The notes beneath the pieces are model-generated. The model was not told the origin of the DNA, made no database searches, and worked only from the letters and a program-made list of their open reading frames with translations. A stretch of 64,000 bases of DNA, taken from assembly GCA_964270895.1 (NCBI GenBank), contig OZ185444.1, one strand, 5' to 3'. Source of the DNA: Podarcis filfolensis (Eukaryota). The number at the start of each line of letters is the position of its first letter. Positions within the stretch are counted from its first letter, which is position 1. Of the stretch, positions 49,306 through 62,370 are shown in pieces. A program made the position numbers and the translations under genes.

Positions 49306-50323
49306 CTGGGGAATGCCCTTGCTGTGTTTTAAGCTGCTAATGTGTACATCACTTAAGACACTCTGATGTTTGGTTATTTCTGTGCTTGCTTACAAGTTTC
49401 CTGAATTTGATATCAGAGTACTGGTTGTACTTTTGCACTACTATTGCAGGCTTACACTCCATACTGTTTCCCCCCAAAAGTAAAGCATATTTGGGGGCTC
49501 ATGCAAGGCTATCCCAGAATCCTGTTCCATTTGGCTTCATAGAGCTCATGCAGTTCTGTCTAGACTCTGTAGCATTCTTTGTAGTCTCTTTGGGGCAAAG
49601 TAAACACAGTGGTGTACTGCAAGGTACAAGTCAAGTAACTCATTAAAAAAACAGCTGCAGGCTAGAGAAATGAAGTAGATGTTTTTCTGGAACTCTCTAG
49701 CTTTCTCCATATTCCAGCACATGTTTGCAATTTGGTCTCAGGTTCCTTTGCCCCTTTGAAATCCAACTTGCACTTCTGGGAGTTCTTGGTCCACATACTC
49801 CTTAAGCCTGAATGAACACTATATTCACATGCTTATCTTCATAATTAGTCATAGCTGTGGTTCTCACAATGTTTTCATAACAATTAATTAAACCTAATGA
49901 CACGCTCAATACACAATTGATATTTGGGAATAATTTGGGGTACTGCAATTCTGTAAGCTTTCTAAATGGATTCTAGAATTATTATGAAAGTCAAAGTCCT
50001 TCCAGTCCACATAAAACCCTCAAGAGGTTTTCACATGCCATTTTTCAGAGTCACATTGTCTTATCAGAAACTTCAAAGATGTATTTTTAAGGCTTCTTGC
50101 CTTGAGTGCTGGTCTGTAACTGAGGAAACAAGAGGTTCAGATCCTTGTTTAGCTAGGAAGTTTGCTAGGTAACCCTGGGCCAGCCCCCCCCCCCATTCTA
50201 ACATACCTTGGAGACTAAAAGAGAATGAACCATATGCACCTTTGCATTTCTTGAGGAAAGAATGGGCTAAGAATGCAATAAAAACGAATGCATCCCCCCA
50301 TACATTTTAAACAGCTCTGATTT

Positions 50324-50401
50324 TGTTGTTGTTTAGTCGTTTAGTCGTGTCCGACTCTTCGTGACCCCATGGACCAGAGCACGCCAGGCACTCCTGTCTT
50401 C
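50324..50401 (-). mobile_element. BovB LINE extreme 3' end
   Basis: Reverse strand reads ggagtgcctggcgtgctctggtccatggggtcacgaagagtcggacacgactaaacgactaaacaacaac, the BovB 3' terminus. Confidence 0.9.
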
Positions 50402-50952
50402 GTTAGGCTGATTAGTGGTCAATAAATAATTTACATATATAGAGCCACCTGGGTTCAAATTCTGGCTAGGGACCAAACTGGACATGATGAGGCTGTACTT
50501 TAGCCACATCCCTACTTCATGGGGGTCTATCATTTACATGGGTAGAGGAAAGTGGAAACCTGATCTCCCTGCCCATCTTATCTCTCTGCGCTCTTCTGCT
50601 TTACTCAATTTGTCCAGCTCATGTCTGGTGTCAAAAATGAACTAGGAGAAAACTGCTTAAAGCATAGACCACAGGAAGTTTTTCTCTCTCCCCTTTTGCA
50701 AGGAATAGACCCACCCACTTTATTTCTGACGGTTGCCCTACCATATCTGGTTTGAATCTCAGGCAAAGAGAATGGCCCTCAGCAATGAACCATCTCTTTC
50801 CCCCATCTGTAAAAAAACAAAAACTAGCCAAGCAAATAAAAAGCAACAGGGGAATAATAATGATCCTGAGTCACAGAACCCTCAAGTTACATTTCCTCAA
50901 TTATAGATCTGAACAATTTAAAAAAATAATAATAATAAAACTAGCAACTTAC

Positions 50953-50997
50953 GTCATTCTGACAGTTCAAGGGACACAGACCATCCACATCACTGCA
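50953..50997 (-). CDS. CACNA2D4: CACNA2D4 exon (CSDVDGLCPLNCQND), 45 nt
   Basis: cttgtattccag| and GAC|gtaagt sites; matches the CSTVDGPCTQSCEDS cysteine pattern. Confidence 0.92.
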
Positions 50998-52126
50998 CTG
51001 GAATACAAGAGGAGGAGTTAAATAGTGTCTCACTTTAGACTGCATTTACCTGGGCATCATTAGGTATTTTTACAGGAGTAAGGAGCAGGCATGTCTAATT
51101 CAGGCAATATTTGCACATCATATGCTGGTGTGTTACATCCCCTTCAGCTTTCTCCACAAGAAGGATCATTTTAAGTAAGCCTATGAAAGAAGTGTCCCAG
51201 TGGTCTTTTCAGCTCAGCTTCCTAGAGTGGCAGTTGTTCTTTATGTGAATGTGGTTATGCTGTATTTTATCTTAAACTGGATTAAGCTACTTCACCATGC
51301 CTTGTTCACCATGACTTTTCTAAAATGTTTCCAACTGAGACATACATATGCAGATGTACAAGCAACATGAGCCTAGGAGTTTGGAACAAATACCACTCCC
51401 TGGTGCTTGCTTCTTATGTGTTAGATACATGTTTGTTGCTTCATATGCTGTGTTCAGTGTGGAATGATGACTATTTGGTGCATCAAAGCAAATTTCAGTG
51501 TAGGTAAACATGACAGAACCAGATGCCCTTGATAGTAATAGTAAAGATTGTTACACAATGGAGAAAGCAGTGACAATGTTGGCTGCCTCTGGTTTTCTGG
51601 TAACAGTTTGACAAATGATATATGAACATTGTATAGTGTCCTCAGGCACTGTCCATTTGCTTCAGTTGGAGATCTGCAGTGAACCAAAGTTGACATGTGT
51701 CACAGCACTGAACCTAACAATACATGGAGGGTTAAATGGTGAGTAAGAAAATATTGTTGGTGCCTGTGGGTTTCATAATTATCATTCATTCTGTGCTTAC
51801 TGATTTGTCCAGTACAATTCTTCCATGTGTGTTTCCTGCCATGCGTTGGATGATCAATCTGTTGTTGGAAATTACTGGAGGAATATGTTGTGAAGGGTTG
51901 CGTAAACTGTGAGTTTTATGTTGGTTGGAAAATTTTAGCATGCTACACATTAGTTTGTTATTACCTTATCTTATGGTTATTATGGGTATGGATATTGCAT
52001 ATTTATGTATTTCTTAATGTGAATCTTCTGAAAGTCGGCTTCTTGTCCATGTATGTATTTAGATGTATTTGGATTTTTGGTATTGCAAACTGCTTCAAGA
52101 TCTGTGGATACTAAGCAGTCTATAAA

Positions 52127-52318
52127 AAGGTAAAGGTAAAGGATCCCTAACACTAAGTCCAGTCGCGAACGACTCTGGGGTTGCGGCTCATCTCATCGGC
52201 AGTAAAGCTCATCTCGCTTTACTGGCCAAGGGAGCTGGCGTTGGTCCGCAGACAGTTTTTCTGGGTCATGTGGCCAGCATGACTAAGCCACTTCTGGCGA
52301 GACCAGAGCAGCGCATGG
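52127..52318 (-). mobile_element. 3' half of a Sauria SINE
   Basis: aaaggtaaaggtaaagg tail; ggtcatgtggccagcatgactaagcc core. Confidence 0.9.
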
Positions 52319-52744
52319 ACCTAAATCAGGGGTGGGGAACCTTCAAACTGAGAGGCCTCCCAGTGAAGGAAATTTGGAACATGAATCAATTTTTCAAAAA
52401 AACCAAACACCCAAAACCATGCCCATCTGCCAATCAACTGATGTCACTCCAGCTGCTGGGCAGGGGTGAGGGTGGGGGGGTTGATTCTATGTTAGCTGTT
52501 CCCCTGCTATCAAATAGTATGCACAGCAGAAGCAACAGGTTTTAGCCCTCTCTCACCAGCTGATAAACAGGGATTAAATCCTGCTCAGTTTGGCTGCATG
52601 AATCAATTCCCCTTCTGGGAAGAGCCACATGCAACCAATGCACAGCATGGGGCTGTTTGAAAGTCCCTTTGCAAGCAGCTCCGCACTGTTCTTTGAACCT
52701 CCTTTGCACACATAAACAGGTTTTAACTCCTGTTCATCGGGGAT

Positions 52745-52812
52745 AAAAAGGTAAAGGGACCCCTGACCATTAGGTCCAGTCGTGGACGACTCTGGGGTTG
52801 CGGCGCTCATCT
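52745..52812 (-). mobile_element. Short 3'-terminal Sauria SINE fragment
   Basis: aaaaggtaaagggacccctgaccattaggtccagtcgtggacgactctggggttgcggcgctcatct. Confidence 0.88.
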
Positions 52813-55619
52813 GGAGGGGGTTAAATCCTGCTCAGCTTGGCTGCATACACCAAGATCCCCTGCTGGGAATAGATGCACATGACCAAAGTGCAACATGGAG
52901 CTGTTTGACAGCCCCTTTGCAAGCAGCCCCACTCTGTTCTTTGAACCCCCAGTTTTTGAACGTTTAAAGAGCAGCTCAGGGCTGCTTAAAAGAGGGCTTT
53001 CAATCAGCTTATGCTGCCCTTTGAAGTCCCAACAACTGGGGCTATCACAGTGACATCAGGCTTGACAGGAGGATGGTTCTGCCAAATTGTCAAATCTGGC
53101 CAGCAGAGGTGGGGAAATAATATCTGCCTGTCAGCTACAAAAGGTTCCATATTCCTGCACTAAATAAATAGATCTGTCTTTTTCACTTTTCTATTCTTTT
53201 TTTTTTAACAGAGGACTGTTATTATCTAAGATGTGTTGTACAAGGGAGAAGCTGATGAAAATGTTGTATTTTTATTAAAGAACAACAATAATTGAAGAAA
53301 TCATGGAGCTTCTTAATGTGGATCAGCCATTTTTAAAAACATGCACATTAGCCCACGAATCACATGCCTGCTCTGTGGCTAATGGAACAGATTGGGAAAA
53401 TCTGTCAATAAAAGTACTGCCAAAGGCGCCCTATTGCTGTCAATCAAACCAGCAAGTGTGAAGACACATAGATGATTGAGTGATAATCACTGGGATTTAA
53501 TGGGAGAGCTCCATTTTCTTTCTTTTGACCCAATTAAGACATAGAGGAAAGGGAGTGTCTGACAGTGTCTATCTCCCCAAAGCTGCTTACTCTTCCATCA
53601 GGAGGCCAAATCCCAGTTAAAATATATTTTATTAGTAAATGAGCAGTGTCCCCCGATTTTACAGAAGGGACACCAAAAAAGAAATAGATTGAAATTTTCT
53701 TATATGAATTGCTATATAAAGCAGGAACACTGAAATATCCACAGAAGTATTTATTGTTATGAGTTTGCGTGGTCAGGTGGAGTCCCCCAAACCTTGGGTG
53801 GCCCCCATGTGGAAACCATGGTGCCTCATTTCCAAAATGAAACATGGGTAAGCACCTGGAACCTCGCACCGCTTGGAGATTGAGGTGTCGTGCAGCTCTA
53901 TTGTAGAAGCCTGGGAGAGGGTAAAAGTAGCAACCCCTTAAAAAAAAATAGCAGGCTATTTAAAGGTGGGGAAAATAGCCCTGTCAGCTCTGGTTCATTG
54001 TGCCTGTGGCAAAGATTCTGCCATATGTTTCTATTAAATATAGACATTTTCTTGATTTGTACTGGATAAAATAAGCTGTCATCCTGACTGTAACTTTCTT
54101 TATTGCCTTGTCATTGTGCATTAGAGCAAGAGGTTATGGCACCCAGACAGCTAATTTGAGATGTAGATTCAACTCAGCACCAACTGAATCCCATTCTTTG
54201 ATTAAGCTGCACAATCCTGTCAGACAGGAATGCAAATATTTCCTGGAGACAAGAACTGATTGTGATAATCAGATTCCCACTAGTCTGTTTACCCTTCCAG
54301 GGCCCACCTGCATATTAATTAAGCTGGTAGGCTGTAGAAATTCCATTAAACGCTTCTGATTGGCTTTGCATCATATGGAGTGTCATATCTATCACAAAGA
54401 CAAAATAATCCTTTTTTTCCATATTAAGAAAATAGGTGTAGGCTGACATCCTGAAAGGGAGGCAGGGGTTGGGGTGGGCAAATTCTTTTTCACTTAAAAA
54501 AAAATCTTCTCCACCTGGTCTTCTGGAAGCAATGTCTACTCTCCACAGGCAACTAAGCTGATTAGTTGTGCCCCAGCCTCCACTGGCACAAAGGAGCAAC
54601 CAGATGGAATACATTCTGGAGAAACAGATCGGTATTCTGTTCTTAGAAGCCATGTCTTAGAAAGTGGGCTAAATCCCTAGCTCTGGAAAGATCAAACTTC
54701 ACCTGATGATGCAGCAACAAGGCTAGTAACTATTGTGAACTTATTTGCAAAGTTGTTTAGAAGTTGCACAGGACTGAATCAGACCGTGAGCTCAACTGCA
54801 TCAAAATCAAGGCTTTGTAACTCTAGCTGTTGCTCTAGGGCTGCTGGGGTGGAAAAGCTTAAAATGTACTTATTCGTGAAATATGTTAAAGCTCATCAGC
54901 CTCTGATGACTTCATAAGTATCAAGCCATTTCTGAACCTTCAAACTTTTCCCATTATATGACTCAGACTCTTTAGTGCTTCTTGGCAACTTGCTTTGGTT
55001 TGTCTGCAATATTTAGGTACTCTACATATAAATGTATTCAACCCAACTCCTGACACACAAATGACACATGACTATCAACGTTTTATGAAGCACACACAGG
55101 AAGGGGCTTCTGGGAAATCTCTTGGCCTTCAAAACTCCTTACTTACATCAGTGTCATTGGGCTGGAAGATGGTAAATGGAACCATTGACACGCAGATCAT
55201 TGCAGAACATGGGAGGGAAGTGGAAAGAGGAGAGAAAATGTCCATTAGTAACTCCTTATTGAACCATTATTGACTGCCAGTGAACCAAGAGAAGGCTTCT
55301 TACACATGATTGGGTGCTGGAAACAGAGCCAGAAATGTGAGCAAGTTTCTTTTCAGCACCCTCAATCATCACTTTCTCATTCCCAGCTAAACTTTGTATA
55401 GTGTATAATAATGTATAACTGCACACATGTAAGGAGGCTGATAATGCCAAGTTCTTAAACTGAACTACTTATTTATGACACTTCTCCCTTTGGGAATGAA
55501 GTTTTAGCCTCCATTTATTCTCAACTAGACAGTCATCTTTTGGGCCGGGGGGTGGGGTGGATCTAGTTCTCAATGTGCACCTTTCCCTCAAATGTCTGTG
55601 ATTATGGGATGAATGTGGT

Positions 55620-55880
55620 TGTTGTTGTGGTTAATTTAATTTTTCCTGCATTCACCTTAAGGTCCCAGGGTGGGTAACAACAACCTAAAATACAACATTA
55701 AAAACAGTTTAAAATGACTTACAATCACAAACATGGGGTGGGTCCTAAAAATATAGATCTCAGGTGTCAAATGCCAGTGTATAAAAGGGAGTTCCACAAC
55801 AGGGGCTGCCACAGAGAATGTCCTTTCCCAGGCTACCACCATTCCAAGCTTCTGGGGCAACGAAACTATCAAGAGGGGCC
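55620..55880 (-). mobile_element. Degraded L2 3' end
   Basis: ORF 55657-55872 contains RTFSVAAP, an L2 ORF2 end motif. Confidence 0.55.
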
Positions 55881-56118
55881 CCTCTTCCTATCTTAACACC
55901 CAATAGAATATATAGGAAAGGAAGCAGTCTTCAGGTATTTGGGGATTTAAACACTGATGTGGGCATGTTAAATTAAGCCCTGAAGTGATCTGGCAGCAAA
56001 TGCAACCAGTAGTACAGAAAGTGCTTACAACCACAGTACTATTAGATTGTATCAACAACACCCTTTCAAATTCAGCCTTAAGAAAATAGTTTGAGGCAGA
56101 ACGAATGGCCATCTAGAT

Positions 56119-56355
56119 TAGGGGTAGACAACCTAAGGCCCAGGGGCCGGATGAGGCCCAATCATCTTCTAAATCCGGCTCGCAGATGGTACGGGAATCA
56201 GCATGTTTTTACATGAGTAGAATGTGTCCTTTTATTTAAAATGCATCTCTGGGTTATTTGTGGGGCATAGGAATTTGTTCATTTCCCCCTCCAAAATATA
56301 GTCCGCCCCCCCCATGGTGGACCGGCCCACGGCTGAAAAAGGTTGCTGACCCCTG
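56119..56355. mobile_element. hAT-Charlie-like MITE
   Basis: TIRs taggggtagacaacct / aggttgctgacccctg; TSD atctagat/atctagac. Confidence 0.85.
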
Positions 56356-56741
56356 ATCTAGACTAAGCAGAGACAGCATGACAGAGTGCAGTGCAATCAG
56401 GATGGTAGAGGGGAGTCGGTAAACTTTCTGCCTAAAATGAAACAAGATTTTGAAGGGCTGAATCGGTACAAACATAATTCCACAATTAAATGTGTCAGCT
56501 GCAGTGGATTTAATGCCATGCCAGGCTTGTGACGTTCTGTTAACATGACGTTCTGAGAACAGACTGGCAGCTGATGCAGCATTGAAGTTGTCAAAGGATT
56601 AGCAAAACATGTCATTTAAGAACTAATCTATTGCACCAATCTGTTTAATACACATTTTACAAAGGATTTTGTGGACATGTGGCAAGTAAAACATCACCAT
56701 ATATCACCTTCTGTTTTTGCACTATACTTCAGCATTCTTAC

Positions 56742-56803
56742 CTGCTGTGTAGCCATCCAAAACTTACGCTGAAGAAATTCTAGTTTAATTTGCACACCCA
56801 CAG
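56742..56803 (-). CDS. CACNA2D4: CACNA2D4 exon ((A)VGVQIKLEFLQRKFWMATQQ), 62 nt; upstream exons lie beyond the window
   Basis: tttccccatag| and CAG|gtaaga sites; GVQ-KLEFLQRKFW motif. Confidence 0.95.
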
Positions 56804-56829
56804 CTATGGGGAAACAAAACAAGGAGATT

Positions 56830-56892
56830 GGAGGGAGAGAGGTGGAGAGAGAGGGAGAGGGAGAGAGAGAGAGAGAGAGGGAGAGAGAGAGA
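56830..56892. repeat. Imperfect (GA)n tract, read as (CT)n upstream of a CACNA2D4 acceptor
   Basis: Direct reading. Confidence 0.85.
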
Positions 56893-58428
56893 TGTTAGGG
56901 AAAGAAACTAAATATTTCCATGCAGTCACCAGAAGAAATCACACCATTTCCAAGTGTAAATGACAGGTAAATGCTAAGTCAGAACATAAAGTGAGAGTCA
57001 GGGGTTTAACAAGGTGATGCAAACGGAAGCATCAACTGCTGTGCTGAAGTACAGACACCTGCCTCCCACTAAACACTACCAAGATACAACAGGCTGCCAA
57101 AACACTTTCCCCTTTGGTTGCTGCAGATTATAAAAGCCATCTGATATAATCATGATTCAAAAGTGCAATATAGGAAGACTCTTAGGCTGAAAACAGAAAA
57201 TACAGGATTTCTTAAAGAGAGCTGAAAGTGGCAGGAGACAGGTATTGCTTCCCTAGTTCTCTACATGTGTTTTGTTTGTTCCAAAGAAGCCTTTAGTCCA
57301 AAGGCTTTTGGAAAATGTATAAAAACTCTGCAAAATCTTTTTACCAGAGGCAAAAGTACACAGTAGGAGCAGTGCTTGCATTTTCAAATTACCTTCAGTT
57401 CTTGGAGCGGGGAATCTGTCTCATCTGTTGTCTGCCTAAAGTCATCTCGTGTGCTCATGGCAGAGGTAAGATCTGAAACTGAGATCTTGGTTCACAGGTA
57501 AGTCCCCTGGCTTCATGCCACACTAGCCTCTTTACTCTTGGAATCTGATGCTGGAATGCAGCTTTGAAAGCGTGAAAACCACAGAGGAAAGAGTTCTGTG
57601 CTATGCGTACATTGAACCTGGCAGCCAGCATCAGGGGCAGAGTACATCATTTTTGCTCTTGGAGCCGTGGTGTCAGTGTCCTTCATGTCATGTTTCTACT
57701 GCTGGTACATCTTAGAGCATTCTTATAATAAAATGAATCTGACTGCTGTGGAATAAGGAAGGGAATTATTTCCTACAACTGCCTTCTCCCTGAATTCCTG
57801 AACATGCACAACCAGACAAGACACAAGATTCATCTGGGTCCAAGTTGTAAAGATGTAATGGAAGTAGAAAAGTTGAGACTGAATTTTTCTCTGGCATTAT
57901 TGGCTAAATATTCATTGAGTTACACTGAAGAGGCAGCAGTGAGGATCTTTACAGAATAATAAAAGGCAGGTTTCAGCCTGAGTGCTAAGCAGGAGCCAGC
58001 AAAGAAACACCACAAGCCTGGCCCCATGGGAAAGAATTGAGGAGCCTGGCTGGAGGTGAGAATAACCATGAGACATACTCTCCTGTCACTTTTACAGTGC
58101 AAATCTATACATTTTTACAGCCACTTTTACAGTGCAAATCTATACATCCTGTGTTTCCTCAAAACACAGGAAGATAGAGAACTCCTTTGTACCTAATTCA
58201 TCAAATTGTCCACTTAACTCAGAATTGTCTACTCTGACTAGTAGTGAATCTCCATGTTATCATGGATCAAGATTGTACCTGATCCTTATTTTTTTAATTG
58301 AAATTTTTTGTGGCAATTCTTGTAATAATACAAATAAAATGACATTAAAATAAAAGAATAAAATAAAAGGGAGATTTAGAATACGGAAGGGGGAAGTAGG
58401 TTGAGGTATCTTGACCATTTAAATTGGA

Positions 58429-58674
58429 AAGGCATCCACAGCAGTGACCAGAGGAGGAATGACCACTGAGAGGAGCACAGATAAAAGAAATACCATGGGG
58501 CATCTGCAGCAGCACAACCAGATGTCTTCATCTGCCCCAGCTGCAACAAAACACGTCTCTCCCATATTGATCTCTACAGCCACAGCAGGCGATGTAAGCT
58601 TCCAACAGTTTGACTTCATCCCCAAAAGTGTACTCCTGCATTGTCTTCTGAAACAGACAGATTGCCAACAACAA
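58429..58674 (+). mobile_element. RTE-clade LINE 3' end (C-terminal zinc knuckle and CAA tail)
   Basis: Translates FICPSCNKTRLSHIDLYSHSRRC (CX2CX12HX3C) then stop; ends ccaacaacaa. Confidence 0.75.
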
Positions 58675-61105
58675 TTCTACTACTATAGATCCATCCTCAG
58701 GGATCTATCATACCCCCAGTGGGCCTTATTCCCAGGTAAATATGCACAGGACTGCAGCCTATGTCACTCCTGTGCCATTTCTCTTTTTTGACCCAGTATT
58801 AGTGAGGTGGATTGCAAAGGTGAAAAATGTAAGACAAAAGACAGCCCAGTCTAAAATTATCAGCAGTTGCTATGCTGGAGCGGTAGGATTTATTTATCCC
58901 CACTCTTTAATGGAGTGGGCTCACGTAACTCTTTCAGTAGTACAGTAAGGAAATTATCAAGTCTAAAAAAAGTAAAATTAAAATAAAACATTAACTTTAA
59001 AAATAGGCTTCAAGATGGCACAGGTATTTTGGTACAGGAAGGAGTATATTATTCACCAGTGAAATCGTAGAAACAATAGGTGCATGCAACACAGCAAAAA
59101 TATTCAAAACAGCAGTGCTTATTGCTGTGGAATTGCTTGTAAAAGGAATAATTACATTTCTCCAGGACCTGGTTCTAAACATATTGAGGGCTGGGATACT
59201 GCAATCACCACCACCCTCCTCCTCCAATTTTATTAGTTCCTGAGCACTTACCCATGAAAAACCCATATTATTTGGTAAGGACCTGCAACTAATATCCCTC
59301 TGGTGCTATTTGATGGGAAAACATCATAGGCTGTAAATGAGGCTGTTTGCAGATTTGGTTTAAAAGACATTCTGCCTTTGTACACAGGGTAAATTCCCTG
59401 TTATCCCTTGAAACCATTCAAGTGAGAACCATTTCCTTTATCACAACTAGATCATATCACTGGCCTGCAGCTTTCTTACAACTCTTTAGTGGATAATGCC
59501 AGAACAACAAACCTTGGAAGAACATGAAAGTACTAAGCATTTCATGTTTTCACCAGAAGAAATCTAAATCCTGGCAGATTGTGCAAAGGGAATGAAAAAC
59601 ATGGCAAAGAAGAATCTGTTTTCCATCCGTCCTACAGAATGCACAAGTAAATCCCACTGCATTTAGTAATTAGCAGGAGGGTCAATACAATACAGTTATG
59701 TCAAAAGTGAAGATTACTAAGTAGTTAATATGCTTCATATCAACAAATGGAGAAGGTAGATAAATGGTGTGGGGGGGGGGACAGGGAAGTTTGTGTGCGA
59801 GTGGAGTGGGAGTAGGAAGCAGGCCAAAGTTCAGGGCTAGCCATGTAGTACATTCTTGTACAGCAATTTGTACTCAAGCTACCGATACCAGATATGGCAC
59901 TTGTCACTGTTCGGGCTGCATGCATTTATGCATAGGGTGCATGTGTAAGAGCATAGGAAAAACCATGCTGAATCACAGTGACAAACCAAACGCCAATGAG
60001 AAACCTGCAAGCCAAAGCTGAGTGCAACAGCATTCTCCCCACCTGTGATTCCCAGCAATTGGTAGTCCAACGGCCTCTAACAGTAAACTTTCCTTGGATT
60101 AAAAAGCAACTTACCATGTGGAAAGGAAGGCAGGAAGAAAGGAAGGTGTTCAAGAACACAGCAAAAAGCCCCTTTCAGTACACCAAACTAGCTACATGGA
60201 TCCTAACCTATATTATACTGTATTAGTTCTCTATCACTTGCAGCTTGTCCTTCAAAAACATGCAGAAATGGAAGGGACGCATCTTCTTTCCTAGTCACAA
60301 TTTTACGTAATTTAAAAGGGACACATTACATAATTTAAAAGGGTATCTCTACCCAGGTAGAAATGTTTGTGAGAGAAGGCCTCAGACCAGGGATATCCTG
60401 CTAGCAGCTTGTGGGCCAGATCAATCCCCAAAAACAGTTTGGAACTTGACAGCTCTATGTAACTTAAATGACGACACGGGGTAACCTTTGCCAAGGGTTG
60501 TAAGGAAAATGTTTTCAAAAGGTGTGAGTCCGAGAAATTGACATTTAAGTTCTCTGACTCACATTTTCTGAATTTATTTCAATAAATGCTTCAGTAAAAC
60601 ATCTGCCCATATGTACTTCTTGAACAGCAAGATTAACATATGAGAAACGTGGGCAGGTAGGATATGGCCTTTTTCATTGTGGCATGACAACTGTAGAACG
60701 CCTGTTCAGGGGAGATGCCAACTGTCTCCATCACTGCCCAGAATCTGTCAGGCACCAAAGGATGTGCATTTCAGTTGGCCTTTGGGGGTATACTGATTTA
60801 TCTATGTAAATATAAAAGCTTGTTAGCCTAGCATCAATGCTTATGACCAAGAAGGAGGGTCACCACTCCTAGATCTTTCTTTGGTGGCAGAGTAAACCAA
60901 TAATTTTGGAAAGGAAGATTTCATTACATGTCCCCTAATCTGAGTAGGTTTCAGTTGGGACGTTTTGGAACATAGTAGGCTAATGGGAGCCAGTTCTTGG
61001 AACCACCTTCACATACAATGGTTTTGTAATCTTGGACCCTATTACTGCAACCCATTTTTTCATGCCATCAGGATCTTGTCCATTGTCTCACTGGTTTCAG
61101 ACTAC

Positions 61106-61262
61106 AGGAAGGAAGGAAGGAAGGAAGGAAGGAAGGAAGGAAGGAAGGAAGGAAGTTCTGTTGTGCAGTTCCATCTCTGAGACAGAGACAGAGACAGAGA
61201 CAGAGACAGAGACAGAGACAGAGACAGAGACAGAGACAGAGACAGAGACAGACAGAGACAGA
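61106..61262. repeat. Compound microsatellite: (GGAA)n 61106-61155 and (GAGACA)n 61179-61262
   Basis: Direct reading. Confidence 0.95.
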
Positions 61263-61439
61263 AAGATGGCTCCTTTGCACCATAATGGCTAAGAAAACTG
61301 ATCCCAGGTACTGTAAGTTAACTGACAATGATAACACATACAAATCCCTCAAAATCTGAACCCATTATGCCTTCTCGAAGGACTGCAAAAATTAGTTACT
61401 TAGCCTGGCTTTTAATAGTCAGTGCTAAGCCTATTCACA

Positions 61440-61789
61440 GGGGACGCGGGTGGTCTGTGGGTTAAACCACAGGGCCTAGGATTTGCCGATCAGAAGGTCA
61501 GCGGTTCGAATCCCTGCGACGGGGTGAGCCCCCGTTGCTCAGTCCCAGCTCCTGCCAACCTAGCAGTTCGAAAGCATCTCAAAGTGCAAGTAGATAAATA
61601 GATACCGCTCCGGCGGGAAGGTAAACGGCATTTCCATGTGCTGCTCTGGTTCGCCAGAAGCAGCTTAGTCATGCTGGCCACATGACCCGGAAGCTGTACG
61701 CCAGCTCCCTTGGCCAATAAAGCGAGATGAGTGCCGCAACCCCAGAGTCAGCCACGACTGGACCTAATGGTCAGGGGTCCCTTTACCTT
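61440..61789 (+). mobile_element. Full-length Sauria SINE with 14-bp TSD taagcctattcaca
   Basis: tRNA-like head with B-box ggttcgaatcc; TSD at 61426-61439 and 61790-61803. Confidence 0.96.
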
Positions 61790-61844
61790 TAAGCCTATTC
61801 ACACTGCACATAGTTAAACTTCAAAATTTGCTGCCACAAGATAT

Positions 61845-62131
61845 AGAAATGGCCTCCAGTATGAATGGCTTTGAAAAGGGATTAGACAAATTGCTGAAGA
61901 CTAAGACTATCAATTACTACTAGACATGATGACTATGCATGACCTCCAGTATTAAAGGTATTAGACCTCTGAAGCAGTGTTCTAGTTGCTAGGGATCATG
62001 GGGAGGAGAGTGCTGTTGTGCTATTGTCCTGCCTGTGGAACCACAGGTATCTGGTTGCGCACTGTGAGAACAGAGTACTGGAAGTGATAGGCCTTTGGTC
62101 TGATCCAGCACAGCTTTTCTTATGTTCTTAT
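61845..62131 (+). mobile_element. Older CR1/L3-type LINE 3' end with (TTCTTATG) tail
   Basis: ggctttgaaaagggattagacaaatt...ggtctgatccagcacagcttttcttatgttcttatg. Confidence 0.75.
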
Positions 62132-62370
62132 GGCAGTGGTAATTTAAATTTTATTGGGTGTTTTGTACTGTATTGTTACCCATCGTGAACCTTGGGATGC
62201 AGCAGGATAAAAACTGAACTTAATGAAGGCTTGCTGCAGAATGTTTTTCTAATTTTACTAAGCGTGGCAGACCTGAGACAACTCTTTGAAAATAATTTTC
62301 ACTTTGTCCATGCTGCAAACTCTATTCCTTTCTACCTGGTTCAATACACTCCTGTCTTCATTATTCTGCC

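Noticed and set aside
60720-60765. RFWAV resembling the CACNA2D4 RKFW segment
   Set aside because: No flanking similarity or splice sites; the true exon is at 56742-56803
61032-61352. ORFs with RKEG, ETET and CLCL repeats
   Set aside because: Translations of the (GGAA)n and (GAGACA)n microsatellites
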